From positions 9,176,001 to 9,240,000 of the forward strand of contig CM068750.1 of assembly GCA_035084275.1 (NCBI GenBank): DNA of 64,000 bases. The letters are read 5' to 3'. Every line of letters begins with the position of its first letter. Position 1 is the stretch's first letter. The position numbers and the translations under genes were made by a program. The notes under the pieces are model-generated. The model was not told the DNA's origin, searched no databases, and saw only the letters and a program-made list of their open reading frames with translations. The DNA comes from Hydrolagus colliei (lineage: Eukaryota). Positions 51,866-64,000 of this stretch are shown here, piece by piece.

Positions 51866-53059
51866 TATATTTGCCAGAGGGAAAGTTCTACAAAAATTTA
51901 CAGTAATCAATATTCCTAAAGTAATCAAATGCATTTTGGAATTTCTATCCAAGCCCGCATCTTCACAATTCAAATCCCTCCCCACAACATTGCAGTAATG
52001 AGCTATGCCAAATGTGATTTGGGATATCTTAATTAATTGTGAGAGAACAGGTGAAAATATTATTCTAAACATAAAATAAGCCACAACAATATTATTCATG
52101 GTACCTTGTGGTGCTGTGCTTTCACACCTGTTTTCTTTTACACCTGTTTTAAATAAATATTTGGCTTTCTGGTTGAGCTTGTGTCATCTGATTCCTAGCT
52201 CAGTGAGCAAAAATGTGGATCTCCATCATGCCAGGAACCACCTGGTGTAACGGTGGCACGCAACCCAAAGATATATTTCAACTCCACCCAATTGGCAAAA
52301 ACATAAATATCATCAACAATGCCCCAGCGCTCTGGTAAGTTTTTTCCAGGTCATGAAGTTGTTTTATAGTTTTTCTTTTATTTCAAGAGTTAGACTCCAG
52401 AGCTCATAACCAAGTTGAAAAGAACTGACTAAAGGTGAACAGAATAAAGCAAAAGGCAAGTCCATGCCCAGCTTTCAGGTAGCGGAGACATTCAAATTAG
52501 GGAAACTACTTAATGCTGCATAAGCAGTCTGGTGCTTGTACATTTGGTAAATCTTGAGCGCTCATTAAACATCAGGTAACTAAAGCTGCAACTGATATTA
52601 CTTTGACCTATATGCTGCCCTGTGGAGTCTTCATCTCGAAATGGCACAGTATAATGGGGTCTAACTAAAGGATATGTTTAGTCCCCAATTTCCTTTCCAT
52701 ACCTCTGCTGAAAATTGTAATTCATGCTTAACTATGGCTCCACAGGCGTCAGCACTTCTCGTTTCTCGGTGTGTAAGCCTGGATAATGTCAGCAGACTAT
52801 TGGACTGCTTGTATGTTTGCCACCCAGGCAGCTTCTCACCAGCACAGAGGCTAACAACTGCAAAGCGAGTCAAAGGTGTGGGGTATGGTTAGGAGGTGGG
52901 GGGATGATCAAATTAGGCAAATAAAACGGGACTGAGTAAGTCTGACTGAGGAAGTCTGACTGAGGGGAGGCAGCAGCAATGGTCAAAGGAAGGTGACCTT
53001 GTCCTGCCCTGGCTTTGCTCGTATCCGCCGGCACCATTCCCACTCTTTCCTGTCTCCAA

Positions 53060-53325
53060 GGCTGTTTTTTTTCATTCCAGCAAGTAGTAGATCTCATGGT
53101 GGGGGTATTGTAGCCGTTGAACCCAATCCTGTCCACACGTGCGCAGGTCCAGCAAGGGTCAGTGGGCAGTAATCAAGACTGGGACACAGAGGTCAACTGT
53201 AGGTCTTTCACCTTTGTCCTGGCTCATATTAACTAACTCAGCACAGGCAAAAGACCAAGCTTAGAAATGTCTTCATCCGTCTAGCGTAGGATCCCACCTA
53301 CTGCTGTATTTGTCTACTGAGCCTT
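53060..53325 (-). mobile_element. Old SINE-like repeat (second fragment at about 50130-50180)
   Basis: ccagcaagggtcagtgggcagtaatcaaga is the reverse of cctgattgctatccagtgacgtctgctgg at 50144; ends in a tRNA-like ...ctactgagcc. Confidence 0.45.
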
Positions 53326-56300
53326 GAGGAGTCATGATTGTTCATAACTTGACAAGAGAAAAATCTGGCTACTGAATTGTAAACCATAGTGAATTATCAA
53401 ATGCTTTCAAACATTAACATTTGGCATGTATGCAGTCTCCAAACACATCTATCATGACTTGTTTCACATCATGGCACTGGTAGTATTGTACTTCTGGATC
53501 TCTCCTGCTGTACTCAATACAATACCTTTTTGTCTGTGTTAGCTGATGTTTTTGAACGAACCGCCACCCCCCTCCCGTCTAAACAATTTAGATCTGAAGA
53601 CAATTTGCAGTAGGAGTTTGGGGCTTTAGTAGAGCCTGAGAGGGAGATGGGGAGGGAGGGAGGATGTGAGAGATGGGGAGGGAGTGGATCCTGAACGAGA
53701 GCTCGAGATTAAAGATGATTTTGGGTGGGATACAGATACAGGTAATTAGCGTAACCATTGAGGCCACTTCACTGTACAATACCAAATTTCGGATCTTGCT
53801 GCTCAGTCCAGGTTTTGCAGCACTTAGCAAATCAACATAAAGCTGCAGTATAAACACAACACAGGTGCACTGAAAATATATTATGCAAATACTCTGTTTG
53901 CCTAAGTAGGTTGCTGGATTGCTCATCTATTTGGAATCTTGCAAAAACAGAGCAGGTGATGATAGGAATTTTTAACCAGCTTGAAGGTTTTAGTTTGTCA
54001 AAGTCAAACAATATCCCAACCATACATTGTGGAGTCCTTATGCCTTCGCTCCTGCCAACCTGTACCTAATACTTTCCAGGATTAGGGAAGCAGGGTTTAT
54101 GTCTCTGGGGAGAGAGTGAGCATTCCATTCTAAAATTCCTCTACATTGTGTAAATCTTAGTCTGGTTTGGATACACTTTAAGCATGAAGTGACCAAAAAA
54201 ACTCAATGCGTGAGCAGCAAAACTCAGTTCACCAATCAATTGTATATTAGTGGAAAAGAGGTTTCTTTGCAATTAAAGAGATTAAAGTATTAGAAGCCAA
54301 ATGACCTGTTGCTGCGCTGTAAATTTAAAGATTTTATCTTTATTCTGTGATGGTGAACCAGAGACTAAAAAATAATCCTTAGCCTTGCGGAAAACATGGT
54401 CAGATTGACGCCTCACTTAAATGGCAGAGAAAGCAGATGCATACTCATGGTGTACTGCCAGGAATTAGACACACACCTGGTAATGATCATTTTATCAAAG
54501 GAAAATTCACGCATACTCATTCTTTCACTACCAGGTAGCAGGGTGCCCACCACTCTTGAATTCATCATCTGTTCAAATTGGACAAAATTTGAGTGGAAAG
54601 TATTTATTGCCTAATTTAGATCTCAATATCAGAATTCAAATTACAGTAGATTGCAACCTTGCTGGCCATACAGTACAGATATGTTCCACAAATGACTGAT
54701 GAACTCATGCACAGTAGAAAGAATATTAAATGTTGCCAAAGATTTATGGTATAAATTGGAAAAATTGACATTTTTGTAAAATAGTAAAAAGTATGCATAT
54801 TTAGAACAAAGCTTATTTTTGTCTCAGTTTTAGGTACTCTTTTGTTTTTAAAGTAGGGGAAACAGAAATCATGCTATTCATGCTATTGTTAAATAAACAG
54901 CAGATCAGCTGTGACAAAAATCGAGAAAAAACTGTTCAATAGTTTTTCTAGTAATGATTGATTGAAACTGGATCCTTATTGATAGTGGTTCAAAATTGGT
55001 AGCAAAGATCAACAAACTTTTTTAAATCACCGCTCATCAAATGCAGATCAGTACCCTAAACTCTGTGACCAATTGATTAGGAACATTTGAAGTTTTACTA
55101 AAATGCATAGAAGATCAGAGCAATAGATAACGAGACCTTAAACTGTACCATGTTAGAATCTGATTACCAAAAGGAGAGCATAAAGATCTGCAATGAAAAT
55201 AACAGGCTAAAATGCTAAAAAGTCAATAATATACATAAATAACACAGTGAGCTTAAAATTATTTATAAGCAAGGTGACTGATGAATGTAATAGCAAACAC
55301 ACCTCATACACTCTGAACACAACAATAAGGGTACTTACTATAAGCATCAAACAACTAATCTATTATAGAGCTTCACATACTATAGACTTGAATTTAAATT
55401 GACCTTAGTCTTTAAGACTTGTAAAACTTATGGAAAATTTTTCAATTATTTCTTAATTCGAATTTTACAACAGTTCTTATGAAGAACTGGCTTCAAAATT
55501 AAGTCTGAATTTTTACGAATGTTTCACAATTCTTACATGTTAAATGGGCTCTCATACAGCTGTATGAAACACTTTCAGGTGTCCTCCAACATGAACTGTG
55601 TTATATAAATGTAAATAGTTGTAAAACAAAACAACAGACTTTTAGACTTTTTGAAATTCCAGGTCTTACATATTGCAGACACAATGTTCTGTTTCACTTG
55701 AAACCATGTACAAGTGACTGCAAATAAACTGAAACTATTTTTTTAGATTATTAACAAAGTCAACGAGGAAACTGAGAGGAGGTCGGTGCAATTTGTCTGT
55801 TGCACTGATCCAGGAACAGACCCTACTGTAGTGAAATAAGCCAATCTGTGGTTTGTCAGCAATATGTCTTTAGGAACTTGCGTTATTTTTGGCAACAAAA
55901 AATGTTTTTGGATGAGCCAGCATGATGACACATGTGGGAGCTCATCACTATGCTTTTGAATATCCAAACTAAATTGAGAATTCCATGCAACCCACCTACA
56001 CTTGGAAATTCCAGAGATGTTTGTTGTGATTGAATGCTCAACTCTCTCCCTGGAGAGAAGGGAATCCTGCATAACGCCATTACCACACTCACCGGCTGCA
56101 GTGCAATACACATGTGCAGTGTTCTGTTTGAAGCAAGCGCGGGAAACAAAGCCTTGACCCATCACCGCATGCACACTTACCATCTGCAGTGATTAAGTAC
56201 TGGATGCACAGTTCACTACTGTGTACTTTGTTGAAACAAGCGCGAAAAACAAGTTACAGTTGTGAGGAACAGATTTTAACCAGGACAACAGGTAGAAAAC

Positions 56301-56386
56301 ATTGTGCTTTTTCTTCAACAGTAAATATTAATGGATCACAATAATAATATCTATTTATGACCATCTGTTTTTTTTGTGATCTACAG

Positions 56387-56438
56387 CAAAACAAAAGCAT
56401 ATGGTAGAAGAAACCGGACTCCAGGATGCCCAGAAAAG
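56387..56438 (+). CDS. FMN1: Formin-1 FH2 exon (AKQKHMVEETGLQDAQK)
   Basis: ctacAG acceptor after a T tract, AG|GTAGTG donor; 52 nt, phase 1 to 2; resembles the FMN1 exon AKKEHKMEESHLENAQK as recalled. Confidence 0.9.
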
Positions 56439-56814
56439 GTAGTGTTTACATTTCTAGCGGTTACACTCCTTGCATGCGCATATCAATTTGTGTTCAGAGT
56501 ATATTTTGCCTGATAAATGCAGGTGATAGTTCCTTCTGAAATGCTAAGAAATTTCAGATATGTCTGACATTTTAGAAGTTTGATCTGTAATTATACATTT
56601 ATTGTTATAAAATCTGTTAATGAATAATGCAAATGAAACCATGATATGTGCTTTTGGTTTCTGTAAGCTCACATCATCAATGTCATACTGCACATAGGAG
56701 GGAAAGTCAAGTACACAACAGGATACATTAAATTGATTTTGTACTTGCAGTCTTTTAACCAGTCATGCCCTAATTCCTAAAACTCACTCCACATAGTGCT
56801 GAGGATATGTTGCA

Positions 56815-57068
56815 TTGTCCTTTGGACGGGACGATAAACCAAGATCCCATTTACCCCTTCAGGGGGCAAAAAAGATCCGATGGCCCAAACCCCCAAATAA
56901 AATGGGTCATTGATTCCATGACTGATGGTGGGACAGTGTTGGTTGCCACTGGCCATCACATTTAACCCACAAAATACAGTCAAGACCCCTTAACAGTATA
57001 TGCTGTGAAGCACTTTGGGACATCTCAACAATGTGATAAGCTGCTATTTCAAATGGAAGGATTATTAT
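56815..57068 (+). mobile_element. Deu-domain SINE 3' part with tail
   Basis: gtcctttggacgggacgataaacc...aaagatccgatggc...gtgaagcactttgggacatc...ggaaggattattat. Confidence 0.7.
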
Positions 57069-57507
57069 GAAACCTGACCCAAACCTTCATTTAGAGAATA
57101 ACTAATACAGACTCCAAAGGGATAGTGGGTATCCTCCACATTGGAGTTGTGACCTCAGGTTGCTAATTTTAGGGACGTCTACTGTCTACGCAGTAATTTC
57201 TAATGGGATTAATTCACGAGTGAAACACAAAGGTGCAGCCCACCAGCTTCCAGCTTTTCCAGTCTGCTGTGATCTACTCTTGAAATTAAAATTTCTCAAG
57301 CATCTCTGCAATGTATGTCATCAGCTGTGCTGTGCACACACTGTGCTTATTAATAGTATTTACAAGTGGGCAGCAGTTTACTGCATGCAGCAACTCACCA
57401 ACAGGCGCCACAGAGTTTCATTGCTCTGTTGCTCCAGTGAGCTCTGAAATTAGGTAGTGTTATTTTCATGTGGACATATTTAGAATCAAAGAATAGCAAT
57501 TATGTAA

Positions 57508-57770
57508 GTCTAGCTCAGTTGGTAGCACTCTCGCCTCTGGGTCAGAAGGTTATGGGTTTAAGCCTCACACCAGGATTTGAGCTCATAATGCAAGTCTGAC
57601 GCTTCACTGCTGCACTGCCCAAGTTATGTGCTGTGTGCTGTTCTAAGTAATGGTCATTTGGGTGAGATTTCAAACCCAAGTTATATTTGTCTGCTGGTTT
57701 GATTGGATGGGTATTAAAGATATAATGACACAATGAACTCCTTTGATATTCTGATAAATATCCTGGTCAC
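57508..57770 (+). mobile_element. tRNA-head Deu-domain SINE (5' part)
   Basis: tagctcagttggtagcactctcgcctctgggtcagaaggttatgggtttaagcc head; homologous to 18688. Confidence 0.75.
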
Positions 57771-58313
57771 TGCCTCCCACACTTCATGCCTCCTGTCCCT
57801 GTTGCAGAATTAATGTTTCCCCCACCCCACCACCATACCCATACACACACCGCTCCCCCCTAAACCATTTCCTGGCACCACTTCAAGGCTATCTGCACCA
57901 GAAAACAATGTTTTAAAGACATTGAACCTCAGCCATTACATCCTAGAATACCACAACCCACACCTGGATACCGGAGCTTTCACTTTTATAACTCTACAGT
58001 ACGTGTTTGGTGCAAAAGATGGCCTGTTCATTTTTATGTAAGGGAATATTAAAAGAATAAACATATTTCACTTCACCTATTATTCTACGATGTGATATGG
58101 CAAATGCAACTTCGGTGACTGGCCCAAAGTTTTTTTTGTTTCATTTTTGGCCCTTCGAAATAGTTTTTTTTCATTAATACCTATTTTCTGTTCTGGATCT
58201 TTAGATAAGTGAAGACATTTGCTCTGTTCATTGTCCGGAAAAAGAATTAGTTTACAATTGAGGTCAGGGGGTTAGGGGAGGAGTAGAATAAATCAACCAG
58301 GAGAAATATGTAA

Positions 58314-58485
58314 CAAAAACAGAGTTCGCTGGCTACACTCAGCAGGTCAGGCAGCATCTACGGAGAAAGGAAATTGAGTCAACATTTTAGGTCCACGACT
58401 TTTCATTGTCAAGTTCTGACTTGCTGATTATTCCCAACAATTTCTGATTTTGTTTCAGACTTCCAGCATCTACAGTATTTTGCAT
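58314..58485. mobile_element. Inverted pair of Penelope-type short repeats (copy D)
   Basis: Minus copy aaaaacagag...ctcagcaggtcaggcagcatctacggagaaagg...gagtcaacattttaggtccacgac, abutting an internally deleted plus copy agttctgacttgctga...tttctgattttgtttcagacttccagc. Confidence 0.6.
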
Positions 58486-58497
58486 TCTGGAGAAATG

Positions 58498-58578
58498 TGT
58501 GTTCATGCTTGTGAGTGTTCATGCGTGTATGTGTGTTGGTTGTGCTTGTGTGTGTGCGTGCTTGTGTGTGTGTGTGTG
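58498..58578. repeat. Degenerate (TG)n microsatellite
   Basis: gtgtgttcatgcttgtgagtg...tgtgtgtgtgtgtgtg. Confidence 0.7.
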
Positions 58579-61069
58579 GTCATTGTATTGAGAGGATGAT
58601 TAGGCTGAGCTGTGATGCCTTCCTGGTCTAATAGCCTGCTGACATTTAAGTTCTAGCTTCACACGTGAAAAATAACACTGTTGCTAGTAGATGTGGAACT
58701 ATTCACCAACAAGAGACCAGTACCTCGAAGAAAGAGGAAGTGAAGTAAAGTGACCAAATATTTTGCAGCTCAACTCCTTTGAGTGCAGGTGACTCCCTCA
58801 GGCGCACATGCTCAGTGGGGTGTTTAAATTCTTCTGTGGCAAGTTCAAATTATTTTTCTAATTACAGTATAGGATATTCCGGTTTTATTGATTAATAAGC
58901 CATATAGGTTTGCCAATAACATTCCTATTTTGTAAACTGGAAAAACTGTGTTTAACTGTATTAAACACATTGGAAAGAGAGTAAAATACAGCATTTGAAA
59001 AATAAAAGAAAGTTTTTTAGGTGTAACCTGTTTTTAACAAACAAATGAATATTTCCCACTTATTGATAAAGTTATCAAACTTGGATGTGTTGAGGACTTC
59101 AGTTATATTTCTGCAATGAAAATAAAAAACAAAGACCTATTTTATCTTTCTTCGGGGAGAACGTTACAAATAATTCCCAGGGTTACTTATATTTCTTGAA
59201 TTCTGCTTCAAGAATGGAATGGTTAATCAATCTGTTCATTTAGGGATAGAGTTTTCACAAGAAAATGGTAGGACAGCTTGGTTCAACATGGAGTTAGAGA
59301 TGGAGGTTACAAGATTTCAACATCTCACCTTGGGATCAGAAATGTGCCAGGTGAAACTGTCAACAAAACGCAAAGTTCATTAGATATGGGGAGTGGAGCA
59401 GGAGATGGGTCTTAGACTATCAGGCTGAAATGAGGCCTCTGACTGTTAGAGAGGCCAATAGACGTTTTGCCAAATCTAGTTCAGAGATGGGGTGAATCAT
59501 CAGAATGCTATAAAATTGATGGTGAAGGCATTGTTAGCAATCCCTGATAGTGGAACATCAAGAATGCTTTGAACAGTCATCAAAGGAAGTTTACTGTCTT
59601 CCCCAGGGGCATTAGAAGTTTGTGTTGAAATAAGCTGCCCCTTTGGACAAAACCATGTCTCAGCAGTGCCTTACTTAGGCCTCCGGGGATGGGTATTGCT
59701 TTTCTGTTCCCAGAATACACATGTTTCTTCTAAGAAGTTAATGAAGATCACAGTTACACTGTGTTCCTTCTCTAGACTACCTAAACTTGAACGCAGGCTT
59801 CATTCAGTTCAGTGCCTGGCTGGTAGTGTTCTCCGAAGCTATCCATTGTTTCAGATGGAATGATGAGATGTGCTTCAGAGCTGCATGTTGCTGCTCCCTG
59901 ATCAGAACATCTTCCACAATTTTGCAATATATAAAATCCTGAAAATGATAGAAATGAACAACAGGTGAAGCAGCATTGAAAAGAGCAAAACTCTTCAACC
60001 TTGGTGATCTCTTTCATTTTCAGATGCTGATCTATTTGTTGTGCATTTACCATCAGCCACAATGTTTTTCTTTTTCTATCAAAAGACCTGAGTTGATGGA
60101 AAAAAAAACGTTTTCGCATGTTTTCCAACCATTAATCAAACATCCCTCAATCATCAGCTCTGCTGATGTTAGCTCTTGGTTAAAGCTATCAGTGTCTGAT
60201 TGATAGCCACATGTTATGCATGCTGGGATTTGTAGTCTGCTAATTTGGATCCATCCAAGTCTGTGAGCCAAACAAGCTTTCAGCATGCATTGGATATGAT
60301 GGGTTGAGACAGTTCAATAATATGAAAATTCAATATTATTGTTATATTATTTATATCAGTTTACTGAGCCTTTTTTGTGCAATGCTCCTGGCGACTAGTT
60401 CATTTCATCAAGAACAAGACACTATTGACTAACTGTTGTCTTCTAATTGACTAGAATCCCTCTCTGCCTAATTTATAGATTGACAAGCTTAGCACTATGA
60501 TCAGAGTGCAGGGTAAACTACACTGTTGGGTAAAGACATTAGGCTGACATAACATAGCCTAATGTACTTTTCACAGTTTATTTTTTTCCAGAGAGAAAAT
60601 TGAAATACAGTACTAGTATTTAGAATATTTGTTGAACTCTCTCAAGTTGTAAATAAAACAAGTTCACATATCCCTCACATTTGATTGGAGGCTAATTGTG
60701 TTAATTGTCTTCTTATTCCTTATTTTTATATCTACAGTGATGTAATAGAGTCCCATTAGCTTGTGCAATCGAGTGCCTGACTCCCAACCATGAAGTTGTA
60801 GGTTTAATTTCCAGGAATAAATGTCACTTGGAGCAGCCCGACTTATTTGGTTGCATTTGGTCAGTTGTTCATTAGGTCTGCTGGATACAAATACAAAATG
60901 ATATTTGTATAGCGTCTTTCATGTCAAAAAGACATCCCAAGGCACTGGACAGCTGCAAGACAATCTAGATGGGCTGAACTGAAAACCATAATGTCCCATT
61001 TAAAGCATGGAACAAATATATATCATCTTACAGAAAGAAGCCAATGATTTGTGTCTACTGTTTGTTTAA

Positions 61070-61225
61070 CATGGATTGGTAATGACGGGTCCTCCAAAGG
61101 ACAGCACCTTCAACAATATAGCTCTCCCCCAGCACAGCAATGGAGTATCAGACAAAGATGTGAGGTCAAATTTCCAATATGGGCTTTGAACATACAACCT
61201 TCTGATTCAGAGGCGAGAGTTATCA
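61070..61225 (-). mobile_element. Decayed tRNA-head Deu SINE 5' part
   Basis: tccaaaggacagcacc...aaccttctgattcagaggcgagagt is the reverse of the 57508 head. Confidence 0.6.
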
Positions 61226-64000
61226 ACTACTTCCCTGATTCTGCCAATTTTTATTTATAGCTACCATCCCTCCTCGAGGGATAACAGGAGCCATTACCCT
61301 ACCATTACCAGTAGCCAGGATAGGAAGGTATTTTACTGCGAGGTCTCTGTACATACAAGGTGTGAAATATTTCCCTGACCCTCCCCACTCACATCCGCTT
61401 GTCATGCAGAGGATAGCCATGGGAACAACAATTAAAATAAATTTTAACAGTTAGCCAAGTTGGGCATTAGAAAAGTAAAGCATTGCCTATTTTATAGTGC
61501 ATTTTTTGCACTTAAATGCAGCTTCTTGCAAAAAAAATCTGTATGACATCTAACCTAATTGTGTTTTACAACAGTGTACCCTTTCTATAATATTGTGGTT
61601 TATGGGACCCCTACAAATATATGTAGTAGCAAAGAGGTTGTTATCCAGCGGGTGATTTATAGGGTTTTTCAATTAATGAGGGAGCCATAAACAGTGAACG
61701 TAATATCAAAGGTTGTGGTATATCAGAGCGTGTTACTTAACTGTATTTTACACAGCTGGACAGTCAGTCTCAACCTTGACCAAATATTCTTTGATCCAGT
61801 TTGCTCCATGCACATACCTTCCGAATAGGTATCCAGATCTAAATGACCTTTTTCTGCTAACATGCACTTGCAATTTGTTATTTTTTCAGTGGCTCCTAAA
61901 TATATCAGAATTTTATGGGTCATTACATTTTCCCCATTTATGATGTTCACCTCTGTATGACATGCAGGTGTACGTTAGTTATACAACAAAATGAACTTGG
62001 GGTTATTGAGAACATAAATTTCCATTGTGAGAATTTGAGTGTTATTAGTTTAAAGGCATTTTCGTAGCTTTCATGTCATACATGAAAAATGCTAGGTCAC
62101 ATCTTGAAACAGCAAAGCTCAAATTTATTTCATTGCTGGGCTTCGAAAAGATCAAAGATCCTTCTTGTGGTCTATTTTAAGGACAAATCAAGCTCCCAAG
62201 TAGTTCAGGTATCAGAAAAATGCTCCAGACTATGAACTGCTCATTAATAAAAGATGCTGCAATGCAGTATTTAAAGCCAGAAGAAGAAAATTGTCGCTTG
62301 CAAGATTCAATGGATTTCACAGCAGGGTAAAAGGATTTGGAAGTTTATACTGTGTAGATTTAATAAAGGGAGAAAAAAAATCTTTAAATGCAAATGAAAT
62401 TAAAGAGTGAAAAGAGCAAAAGACCTAATGTACTTCCTGCAAAAAGTGAGCATATCATAAACCACTGTTAGTCTGTATTTCATCATTTAAATCTGTCTTG
62501 TTGTATAATGTTTCTCATGAAAATATCAACAAACATAATGGCTTGTTGCTTATTAATATAATAATTTTGCTTCAGTTAAAGGAGTACGAATTCAGTTTTT
62601 ATTTTTACATCTGGGGCGTTGATTAAAACATGTAAAGTGAAAGTAGACTTTTAAGCTTGTAACAGTATTACTGTGATCAATGGGAACTTACCAAATAGAG
62701 AGGAGTTCTGAAGAGAGTAAAGCTGAGTTCACAATGAGCTCATAAATGTGTTAAATGAAGCTTAAGGAACAAAACAACCTGTAAAATAAAAGTAAAACTG
62801 CAGTCCAGTAACTTTTGTCAGATCTGCGTTCAACTTGATTGGACTTGTTTAAGTCACCCTGTTCAAATTCTTTTAGAGCAAAATCTCTCAGGTATTCTGT
62901 CTCCTGTACTCACTTTATCAGATCTGCATAGAAATTAGGAAGCCATTCGAGCCTTCAAGCTTGTTCTGCCAGTTAATTAGATCCATAAAGATAGTTTAAT
63001 ACCATTTCCCTGCCTATTCTCTGTTTGGCTATCACTTTAATTCATTTTTATGAAAGTTTACACAATTATGCAAGGAGATTGTCTATACTTGGCAATATTT
63101 CAATTCATTCCCATTTATCCTTCACTAAAATAACTGCAAGGAAAGTTTTAAACCGTAGAACTATCTTTTTTCCCAAAGTTTCTTTTAAATACATTTGCAA
63201 ACTATTTAAAACTATTAAATACTACGGAATAAGTTTAATAAAATCACCCCACATTAAACCGAAATTGTTCTTCCCCCAAACAATTTCTCAAGTGAAATCA
63301 TAAAGCACAGAGTTATATATCTTAAACATTAAATTTTTTTTCTTTAAAAGATCTCTTTAGTTAATTAAGTGCTGTTGGAAAATGATGGTGTTATGCAACC
63401 CTGAATCTCAGGTGCCAAGAATCAATTGTTTCCAATTTTGATCAAACGGCAATGTATATTTGTATTGTGCAGTCCGTGGCTCAAATCCACTTTGCCACAA
63501 ACATTCAGCTGACATCCAAAAGGATTTCAAAATTTGAAAAAAAATCAATCTGACAGTTTCTATCAGCCCCGTTTGGCTGCTTTCTCCTCAACTGGTTTTA
63601 GTAGTTTGTCTCATAATCCACAACACCTAAACTGTATTGTCTAAGAATAGCCACATAGAGTTAACTGGTTAAACTTTACTGTATAGTTCCTGTTTTGTAG
63701 GTGCACTTTCTTCAGTTGAACATATTACTGTGCTTGTCTTCTGGTTATCTGGTGTATTACCTGTTATATCTGTAAAGCAACACGAGGAGTTGAAGCAGCA
63801 AGTCAAATCTTTTTTTTCTATTGTGTTCATATCAGAAGGATATTTTGGAACAACCACTTCATTGTCCTCTTTGACTCTTATATTAACCTTACAGTATTTA
63901 GGACTTCAAATGTATTCTTAACTACCTTTGTGAGGAATAGAAAGATGCTTGGAATCGTATAACTCGAGTACACCTCATTAAAATTCTTGTGTTGTCCTGC

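Noticed and set aside
9658-56438. Calling the gene FMN2
   Set aside because: The pre-FH1 segment (FEL...RGEHA, FRNVCxQTDRE) and FH2 details ([22 protein letters not shown]) fit FMN1 as recalled; only the FH1 repeat style is FMN2-like.
57999-58040. Possible next FMN1 exon (ctacAG...GTAAGG)
   Set aside because: Translation does not resemble the expected YFGxKPKxGEKE exon; the true next exon was not found in the window.
59280-59560. Possible very old minus-strand L2 fragment
   Set aside because: Purine-rich composition is suggestive but I could not recover a diagnostic motif.

Overview
AT-rich vertebrate genomic DNA. The repeat content (tRNA-head Deu-type SINEs with L2-type ATT tails, CR1 3' ends, Penelope-type short repeats) points to a cartilaginous fish, probably a chimaera; this is inferred, not proven. 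The whole window lies inside one + strand gene, formin-1 (FMN1). I traced 11 consecutive GT-AG exons (9658-56438) with fully compatible phases, 1706 nt in total. They encode the pre-FH1 coiled coil, FH1, and most of FH2 (lasso Trp residues, GNYMN motif, actin-contact Ile and Lys). The 5' exons and the last FH2/C-terminal exons were not found and presumably lie outside the window. Introns hold many decayed SINE, L2 and CR1 fragments and one intact TA-flanked Tc1/mariner-type MITE. Most notable: (i) four copies of a Penelope-type short repeat carrying a minimal, dimer-type hammerhead ribozyme motif; (ii) a perfect 30-bp-arm hairpin at 47887-47953; (iii) an FH1 domain built from a homogenised 33-bp/11-aa repeat, FMN2-like in architecture and matching the VASP profilin-loading motif; (iv) several repeat-free, motif-rich intronic blocks, including in the introns that in mouse hold Grem1 limb enhancers. 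Almost all other ORFs in the track are spurious. No wholly new system can be demonstrated from sequence alone.
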